Of a DNA stretch of 64,000 nucleotides, positions 58,079 to 64,000 are shown piece after piece (within the stretch, counting starts at the first letter, position 1; the number at the start of each line of letters is the position of its first letter). Source of the stretch: an uncultured Planctomycetaceae bacterium (GTDB lineage Bacteria > Planctomycetota > UBA1135 > GCA-002686595); NCBI GenBank assembly GCA_964507325.1, contig CAZDQL010000009.1, positions 3,853 to 67,852 of the forward strand. Direction: 5' to 3'. A program made the position numbers and the translations under genes. Under the pieces are notes generated by a model, which had not been told where the DNA came from, made no database searches, and was given only the letters and a program-made list of their open reading frames with translations.

Positions 58079-58762
58079 TTAGTCGCGCTCCTCCTCGGTC
58101 GGAAGCTCCTGCGCTTGGTGGCGTTCGTACGCTCGCAGGGTCCGCGCGCGCACCTGCTCGAGATCCGCGTGGATGTAGAACGGGTCCTTGCGGGGGACAC
58201 CGCGGATGTAGGCCACGTCCTGTTCGTCCAGGGCCTTGATCAGATCCTCCTGCGTCGCGGCGCCGGACTCCCAGTCCTCCAGCGCGAAGACCTTGTGCGT
58301 CTGGGTCATGGCGCGGCACTTGGCCAGCAGGTCGGAGTGCTTCCTGTAGGGCCTGGCCGGATTCCCGGCGGACACGGTCCCCTCGCCCAGATCTCGGTTG
58401 ACGAAGGAGCCGGCGGCGACCACGGCCCGGGGACCGATGGTGACGCCGGGCAGGATGATCGCCCTCTCGCCGATGAAGGAGTCCTCGAGGATCCTGACCC
58501 GGGCGATGCGCGTCACTCCGAGATCGCCGAAGGTGGTGGCGTCGTGCGCCAGGATCCTCACCCCCATGGAGATCCGGCAGTTGTCTCCGATCTCGATCAG
58601 ATAGGGGTACTGGAAGTCGAATTCGACCCCCCGCATGATGTACACGTTCTTGCCGAGGGTCAGCCCCCTGCTCATGAGCTTGGCCAGGCGCAACCGATCC
58701 ACCTTGAACGCGAGGTAGGACACCAGCGCGCCGATCGGATCGAGTAGCCTCGTCGGAGCCAT
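58079..58762 (-). CDS. left-handed beta-helix (hexapeptide-repeat) O-acetyltransferase, WcaF/maltose-acetyltransferase-like
   Basis: Hexapeptide repeats are present: IEIGDNCRISMGVRILAHDATT; ILEDSFIGERAIILPGVTIGPRAVVAAGSFVNRDLGEGTVSAGNPARP. In-frame start at MAPTRLLD. Confidence 0.75.
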   Translation of the reverse strand: MAPTRLLDPIGALVSYLAFKVDRLRLAKLMSRGLTLGKNVYIMRGVEFDFQYPYLIEIGDNCRISMGVRILAHDATTFGDLGVTRIARVRILEDSFIGERAIILPGVTIGPRAVVAAGSFVNRDLGEGTVSAGNPARPYRKHSDLLAKCRAMTQTHKVFALEDWESGAATQEDLIKALDEQDVAYIRGVPRKDPFYIHADLEQVRARTLRAYERHQAQELPTEEERD

Positions 58763-58923
58763 GCGTAATCCTACCACAGGGGGCGATGCCCTCTGTAACC
58801 CACTGTCCCTAAGTACTTTACGACAAACACCGGGTTGATGGGGGATCGGCCGCCGCAGAGGGTGCTGGCTTCCCAGAATCGGAGCCCCGCGGGGGCTATC
58901 CTCGACCCCCGAGGTCCACTGCG

Positions 58924-60972
58924 TTGACGAGCAAGAGCGTCCGAAACCACCCCGACCCGCGCGCAGCGAGCCGGGCGCGGTACCAGGAGTGGATCGAGAC
59001 CTTCGACCGGCTGGACGACACGGACCGCGGGCGCATTCGGTCGCGCATCGACGCGCTCGAACGCCCGCCCCTCTTCTCGGTCGTGCTGCCCGTACACGAC
59101 CCTCCGCTGGAGTTCCTCGAGCGGGCCGTCGAGTCGGTGCGTCGGCAGCTCTACCCCCGCTGGGAGCTGTGCATCGCGGACGACGCCTCGATGAACCCGC
59201 GCATCCGCTCGCTGCTCGAGGACTACGCGGCCCGCGACGAGCGCATCCACTGCACCTTCCGACCACAGCGGGGGCACATCTCCGCCGCCTCCAACAGCGC
59301 GCTCGAGTTGGCACAGGGCGACTTCGTCGCGCTCCTCGACCACGACGACGAGCTGGCCGAGCACGCGCTCTACCTCGTGGCGGAGGAGATCGAGCGCTGT
59401 CCGGACGCCGTGCTGGTCTACTCCGACGAGGACAAGATCACGAGCACGGGAGAGCGGTACGACCCCTACTTCAAGACGGACTGGAACGTCGACCTCCTCC
59501 TCTCGCAGAACATGGTCGGCCACCTGTGCGTGCTGCGAGCCCGCGCCATCGCCGAGGTAGGGGGCTTCCGCGCCGGGGTCGAGGGGAGCCAGGACTACGA
59601 CCTCGTGTTGCGCGTCGTGGAGGGCACGCCGGCGGATCGGATGCGCCACGTCCACGCCATCCTCTATCACTGGCGCGCCATCCCCGGCTCGACGGCGAGC
59701 GCGGGGAACGAGAAGAGCTTTGCCCGGACCGCGGCGCAGCGCGCGCTGCAGGCGCACGTCGATCGGAATGGCGCGGGCGCGCGCGTCGAGCTCGGGGCCG
59801 CGGACAACCTCTTCCGCATCCGCTACCCCCTCCCACCCGAGCCGCCGCTCGTGTCGGTGATCGTGCCCACCCGCGATCAGGCGGGTCATCTGCGTCGATC
59901 GATCGAGAGCGTCCTGGAGAGGACGGCCTACCCGAACCTCGAGCTCCTGGTCGTCGACAACGACAGCCAAGACGCGGAGACGAGGGCGTACCTGGCGGCG
60001 ATCGGGCAGGACCCCCGAGCCCGCGTCCTCGATCACCCCGGGACCTTCAACTACTCGAGCATCAACAACCAGGCCGCTCGGGCAGCCTCGGGGAGCGTCC
60101 TGTGCTTCCTCAACAGCGACGTCTCGGTCCTCTCCGAGGACTGGCTGGCGGAGATGGTCTCGCACGCCCTGCGCCCCGAGATCGGCGCCGTCGGTGCGAA
60201 GCTGTACTACCCCGACGACACCGTGCAGCACGCCGGCGTCGTCCTCGGGCACGGCGACGTCGCCACGCACGCGTTCGCCGGCTTGCGCCGTGGCCAACGG
60301 GCCAGCTTCAACCGCAGCCACGCGATCCAGAACGTCTCCGCGGTGACGGGGGCGTGCATGGTGTTGCGGCGAGAGCTCCTCGAGGAGGTTGGGGGCTTCG
60401 ACGACGAGGAGCTGGCCGTCGCGTTCACCGACGTCGACCTCTGCCTGCGCCTCGGCGAGCGCGGCTACCGCACCCTCCTCACGCCCTACGCGGAGCTCTA
60501 CCACGTCGAGTCCGCCACGCTCGGCCCGCCCTACCGCCCACCACGCCGCGCGCAGTACCACCGCGAGGTGTCGGTGATGTGGGCTCGTTGGGGCGAGCGA
60601 CTGCTGCGCGACCCCTTCGACGTGCGGGGGCTCGAGGAGTGCGCGTGGCCGCCGCTGCCCGAGCGTCCCTGGCGGACGGAGGAGCCCGGGAAGCGGGACT
60701 GCGCGGAGCTCTCCGAGTTCGCCTACGAGCTGGCTCGCCAGCGCCGGCAGCTCGCTGAGTTCGCGCGGGAGCGCCACGAGTACCGGCGGCGCCTCGGCGA
60801 GTTCGAAGAGCAGAGCGACACCCTCTTGCGCGAGCGCGAAGCGATGCAGGGCCACATCGGCAACCTCGAGCGACGTATCGGGAAGCTCGAGCGCATCACT
60901 CTCAGGAGCACCCGCCTTGCCCTGCGCAGGCTCCTGGCCCGGCTCGGGATGGGGGAGGCGCCCGAGCGCTAG
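58924..60972 (+). CDS. dual-domain family-2 glycosyltransferase (two tandem GT-A/GT2 modules) with C-terminal coiled-coil
   Basis: Module 1 is LFSVVLPVHDPP...ELCIADDAS...LLDHDDELAEHAL. Module 2 is LVSVIVPTRDQAGHLRRSIESV...LELLVVDNDSQD...FLNSDVSV. The tail is AYELARQRRQLAEFARERHEYRRRLGEFEEQ. Confidence 0.85.
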   Translation: MTSKSVRNHPDPRAASRARYQEWIETFDRLDDTDRGRIRSRIDALERPPLFSVVLPVHDPPLEFLERAVESVRRQLYPRWELCIADDASMNPRIRSLLEDYAARDERIHCTFRPQRGHISAASNSALELAQGDFVALLDHDDELAEHALYLVAEEIERCPDAVLVYSDEDKITSTGERYDPYFKTDWNVDLLLSQNMVGHLCVLRARAIAEVGGFRAGVEGSQDYDLVLRVVEGTPADRMRHVHAILYHWRAIPGSTASAGNEKSFARTAAQRALQAHVDRNGAGARVELGAADNLFRIRYPLPPEPPLVSVIVPTRDQAGHLRRSIESVLERTAYPNLELLVVDNDSQDAETRAYLAAIGQDPRARVLDHPGTFNYSSINNQAARAASGSVLCFLNSDVSVLSEDWLAEMVSHALRPEIGAVGAKLYYPDDTVQHAGVVLGHGDVATHAFAGLRRGQRASFNRSHAIQNVSAVTGACMVLRRELLEEVGGFDDEELAVAFTDVDLCLRLGERGYRTLLTPYAELYHVESATLGPPYRPPRRAQYHREVSVMWARWGERLLRDPFDVRGLEECAWPPLPERPWRTEEPGKRDCAELSEFAYELARQRRQLAEFARERHEYRRRLGEFEEQSDTLLREREAMQGHIGNLERRIGKLERITLRSTRLALRRLLARLGMGEAPER

Positions 60973-60981
60973 GCGTGCCCG

Positions 60982-62241
60982 CTAGGAGTCCGCGACGCGG
61001 GACCAGGCGCGAGCCTGCGCCACGCCCGCCTCCTGGAGTTCGAGGAGGACCGCCCGCGCGTCGCGAGCGCTTGGCGCCGGCCCCACCTGCAGGGCCTCGA
61101 CGATCACCCGGCGCAGGTCCTCGACGTAGCGGTCGACGTGAAACCTCTCCCGCCAGCGCGCCTGGGCGGCGCGAGCCAGCCTGCGCCCCGTCTCCGGCCG
61201 CTCGATGAGCTCGGCCAGGGCCGCCGCGAGCCCCAGGGGGTCCTGGGGGGCGACCAGGAGCGCCGACTCGCGGTCCTCGACCATCTCCGTCACGCCACCG
61301 CTGCGCGTCGCGACGATCGGGAGCTCCGCGCTCATCGCCTCGAGCGCCGTCATCGGGAAGGGATCGGACCGGGACGGGAGCACGAACACGTCCGACGCCG
61401 CCATCAGTTCGGGGACGTCCTGGCGCATGCCGAGCATGTGCACCTGCTCCGCGAGCCCCTCGCGCTGGATCCGGTCGTGGACCGCGGGCAGACGATCGCC
61501 GTGGCTGCCGACCAGGAAGAAGCGCGCGCGTGGAGAGCGCGCGAGGACCGCGGGCACGCACGTCAGCAGGTCATCGACGCCCTTGCGCTCGGTCATCGCC
61601 CCCACGAAGAGGATGACCGGTGTGCCGGCGTCGACTCCGAAGAGTCTCTCCTTCGACTCGTCGCCGTCGCTCTCGTTCCGCCGCGGGGCCGGCCCGACGC
61701 CGTTGGGCACCACGACCGGACGCACGTCGGGGGTGAGCTCGATCATCTCGCGCCGCAGGCACTCGGCGACCACGACGAGCCGCTCGCTCATGCGGTCGAG
61801 CAGCCGATAGAAGCGTGGGAGCTCCCAGACGGGCAGGAGGAGGGGGTCGCTGCCGTACTTCTCGTGCACGTGCCAGACGTGCGGTAGGCCCCGGCTCGCC
61901 GCGGCCAGCGCGCCCTCGGCCATGACACTCGTGTTGCTGTAGACGAGGTCGATCCGCTCGCGCTCGAGCAGAAGCTCGAGCTCACGGACGCGCGACTCCA
62001 GACCGTGTGCGAACTTGCCGAACTGCTGCACGCGATCCGTCGTGCAGCTCACGCACCAGGCGATCGAGACCCGCCGCGTTTCCACATCGAGCGAGCGGAA
62101 GGCGTCCTCCACCTCCCCTGGGCCGGGAACGGCGACTAGCGGATGGAGATCGCCACGCGGCAGGCCGGCCACCAGTTGGTGGAGACACTTCTCCGCGCCC
62201 CCCCAGGTGGTGGAATGCGACAGGAAGAGCACGCGCTGCAT
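60982..62241 (-). CDS. family-4 (GT-B, RfaB-like) glycosyltransferase
   Basis: N-terminus is MQRVLFLSHSTTWGGAEKCL. The GT4 C-terminal signature is FVLPSRSDPFPMTALEAMSAELPIVATRSGGVTEMVED (E-x7-E). Confidence 0.85.
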   Translation of the reverse strand: MQRVLFLSHSTTWGGAEKCLHQLVAGLPRGDLHPLVAVPGPGEVEDAFRSLDVETRRVSIAWCVSCTTDRVQQFGKFAHGLESRVRELELLLERERIDLVYSNTSVMAEGALAAASRGLPHVWHVHEKYGSDPLLLPVWELPRFYRLLDRMSERLVVVAECLRREMIELTPDVRPVVVPNGVGPAPRRNESDGDESKERLFGVDAGTPVILFVGAMTERKGVDDLLTCVPAVLARSPRARFFLVGSHGDRLPAVHDRIQREGLAEQVHMLGMRQDVPELMAASDVFVLPSRSDPFPMTALEAMSAELPIVATRSGGVTEMVEDRESALLVAPQDPLGLAAALAELIERPETGRRLARAAQARWRERFHVDRYVEDLRRVIVEALQVGPAPSARDARAVLLELQEAGVAQARAWSRVADS

Positions 62242-62447
62242 GACGATCGCCCACCGGAAGCGACCTCCCGAGTGGCACCGCTACGATAGCGCGCCAGGGC
62301 TGCGCGCGCTCCCACCAGGCGTAGCTGTCGTCAGGGAGCGGCATTCCCAAGGGCGGGGGAGCCCCGCTAGAAACCCCGGCAGTCGCACCGCTTGCGGAAA
62401 GTGCGATCCGGCGTGTAGAAGCTGCGGTGCAGATCCCAGGAGGATTC

Positions 62448-62873
62448 ATGAAAGTCAGCAAGTACATGACCTCGAAGCTGATCACGGCTTCCCCCGACAT
62501 GAGCGTCAAGGACGCCTTCCTGATGATGCGTTCCCACCGCGTGCGCCATTTGCCGGTGGTGAACGAGGGCGAGCTCGTCGGCATGGTCAGTGACCGCGAC
62601 CTGCGCCGCCCCAAGTGGGTCGATGCCCTCGACGACTGGACGAGCTACTACCAGATCAACGAAGACCACACCGTCGAGGACGTGATGAGCAAGAACCCCG
62701 AGGTCGTGCGCACTCGCGACGACATCTTGAAGGCGGTCCGCATCCTGCGCGAGCGCCACTACGGCGCGCTGCCCGTGCTCAACAAGAAGGATGAGCTGGT
62801 CGGCATCCTCTCGGCACAAGACCTGCTCGCCGCTCTCGAGGAACTGCGCCTCCAGGTTGGCGATGCGGAGTGA
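62448..62873 (+). CDS. CBS-domain pair protein
   Basis: MKVSKYMTSKLITASPDMSVKDAFLMMRSHRVRHLPVVNEGELVGMVSDRDL and a second CBS module, VEDVMSKNPEVVRTRDDILKAVRILRERHYGALPVLNKKDELVGILSAQDL. Confidence 0.75.
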   Translation: MKVSKYMTSKLITASPDMSVKDAFLMMRSHRVRHLPVVNEGELVGMVSDRDLRRPKWVDALDDWTSYYQINEDHTVEDVMSKNPEVVRTRDDILKAVRILRERHYGALPVLNKKDELVGILSAQDLLAALEELRLQVGDAE

Positions 62874-62911
62874 GTCCGAGGGTCGCCCCTAGCTGCGCTC
62901 CGCGCCCCGCC

Positions 62912-63157
62912 TCAGCTCTTCTTCACCAGGCCCATGAGGTAGAGCAAGACGACCGCGCCCACGACCGCGGTGATCAGCGAGCCGATCAGGCTGCCGTCAC
63001 TGGACAGGCCGAGGACGCCGAAGAGCCAGCCTCCCAGGATGGCTCCGATCACGCCGACGATCATGTTGCCCAGGGCGCCGAAGCCGCGGCCCTTCATGAG
63101 CTGGCCGGCGATCCAGCCGGCCGCGATTCCGATGAGCAGGAACCAGATGAACTCCAT
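62912..63157 (-). CDS. GlsB/YeaQ/YmgE-family small membrane protein (transglycosylase-associated protein family)
   Basis: MEFIWFLLIGIAAGWIAGQLMKGRGFGALGNMIVGVIGAILGGWLFGVLG... is the characteristic Gly-zipper TM pair. Confidence 0.7.
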   Translation of the reverse strand: MEFIWFLLIGIAAGWIAGQLMKGRGFGALGNMIVGVIGAILGGWLFGVLGLSSDGSLIGSLITAVVGAVVLLYLMGLVKKS

Positions 63158-63194
63158 CGTCGATTCTCCTCGCTTTTCCTTCTGCGCGCCGCGG

Positions 63195-64000
63195 CTACTC
63201 GCCGGGCCAGTCCTCCCAGACTTCCCGTGCCGCGGCACGTAGGCGCCTCGGGGTCCAGGTGCTCTCGTCCGGGGCGGGGAGCGAGGTTCCGCGACAGGCG
63301 ACGAGGAAGGTGAACTCCCGCGCCTCGCCCGACTCCAGGACGAAGGGGAACTCGAGCCTTCCCCCGGGGCGGATCGGCTGATCCCGGTCGCCGCCGACGT
63401 CGACGTAGCGCTCGGCGGCCGCGTTCATGCGGCCGGTGATCACCTGGGCCGGGTCCACTTCCAACTCCGGTTCGAAGATCCAGATCGCATTGAGGATGGG
63501 ATTGCGATCGGGCGTGCCGGGACCCGGGAGCACCAGCACCTCGAGCAGGCCATCGCCATTCGCGTCGGATCCTTCGAAGCCGAGTCCGCCCGGCCGGTGG
63601 CGTCCCCAGAGCCGCAGGGGATCGACGACCTCGGCGGGATCGCCCTCCACCTTGCAGGACAGCACCCGGCTGCCAGCTTCACTCCAGTAGCTCTCGCAGA
63701 ATCCGAGCACCACCCCCCGCACGCTGCGCGGCTCGACCTGGAAGCGATAGAGGATCGGTACGCCGCCCATCCCGGCCCGGATGTTGGCGAAGGCGGGATC
63801 GAATCCCGGCCGCGGCTGCGCCCAGCCGGGGAGCGAAGACGCCTCGTCGAAGTGCCCCCAGGCGCGCAGCTGCTGCTGGGCGCGCGGTTGGTCGGGCAGG
63901 ATCAGGACGCGGCGCGAGCCGAGGCTGACGGAGCGCTCGGTCTCGCGCGTTCCCTCGGGCAGGTTGACACGCAGGCAGCCGGGGCTGCGCCCTGCGTCGC
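63195..64000 (-). CDS. hypothetical protein, 5' end beyond window
   Basis: The ORF is open from the stop at 63195 to the window edge. The ORF-track M at 63770 is internal and the frame continues upstream. No domain was recognised. Confidence 0.35.
   Translation of the reverse strand, partial: DAGRSPGCLRVNLPEGTRETERSVSLGSRRVLILPDQPRAQQQLRAWGHFDEASSLPGWAQPRPGFDPAFANIRAGMGGVPILYRFQVEPRSVRGVVLGFCESYWSEAGSRVLSCKVEGDPAEVVDPLRLWGRHRPGGLGFEGSDANGDGLLEVLVLPGPGTPDRNPILNAIWIFEPELEVDPAQVITGRMNAAAERYVDVGGDRDQPIRPGGRLEFPFVLESGEAREFTFLVACRGTSLPAPDESTWTPRRLRAAAREVWEDWPGE

Noticed and set aside
58771-60855. 694-aa minus-strand ORF opposite the dual GT2 gene
   Set aside because: No motifs and antisense-type composition. 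The plus strand has two clean GT-A modules with DXD signatures.
1-64000. Search for CRISPR repeats, tRNA/rRNA genes, transposases or integrases, toxin-antitoxin pairs and canonical defence genes
   Set aside because: By eye and from the six-frame track I found no regularly spaced direct repeats, no tRNA-like cloverleaf candidates, no rRNA, and no transposase, integrase, nuclease or methylase signatures. The window appears to be chromosomal metabolic, secreted-protein and polysaccharide DNA.

Overview
This is a high-GC window (about 70% by eye) from a Gram-negative-type genome, with Myxococcota- or Planctomycetota-like gene content, and it is densely coding on both strands. I saw no rRNA, tRNA, CRISPR array, transposase or integrase. 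Read left to right, the window contains: (1) an ABC-2 type exporter, 1-3284. (2) A nifJ-type pyruvate:ferredoxin oxidoreductase cotranscribed with a DHOD-like TIM-barrel protein, 6694-11313, followed by a GC-rich bidirectional hairpin. (3) An accessory-looking block of secreted and surface proteins devoted to complex glycan turnover, roughly 11363-28649 and 39773-43616. Its members are a porin-like outer-membrane barrel, SGNH esterases, two sulfatases, a 1399-aa GH20+GH89+discoidin fusion, a tricorn-like protease, KDPG aldolase, an EamA exporter and a LamG-LamG-C-type-lectin protein. (4) Two compact operons with recognisable promoters: a YtrA-like GntR regulator with an SPFH/band-7 protein at 31013-32555, and an FHA-domain protein with a ClpA/ClpC-type unfoldase at 35021-37737. 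(5) A long minus-strand polysaccharide biosynthesis and modification locus, 43958-62241. It carries a GHMP-kinase/UDP-sugar-pyrophosphorylase fusion, a GalU-like protein, secreted proteins, SGNH hydrolases, a PP-loop amidotransferase, AsnB, an AMP-forming ligase, an ACP read in frame with an SGNH-like domain, a hexapeptide acetyltransferase and GT2/GT4 glycosyltransferases. The candidate novel systems are the ACP/ligase/amidotransferase/SGNH modification module, the SGNH-ACP in-frame fusion, and the FHA-Clp pair. Several surface-protein genes carry G/C homopolymer tracts. There are two apparent frameshifts: a SEC-C motif gene and a small-ORF pair. Every call rests on reading the supplied six-frame translations for motifs; no database search was run.
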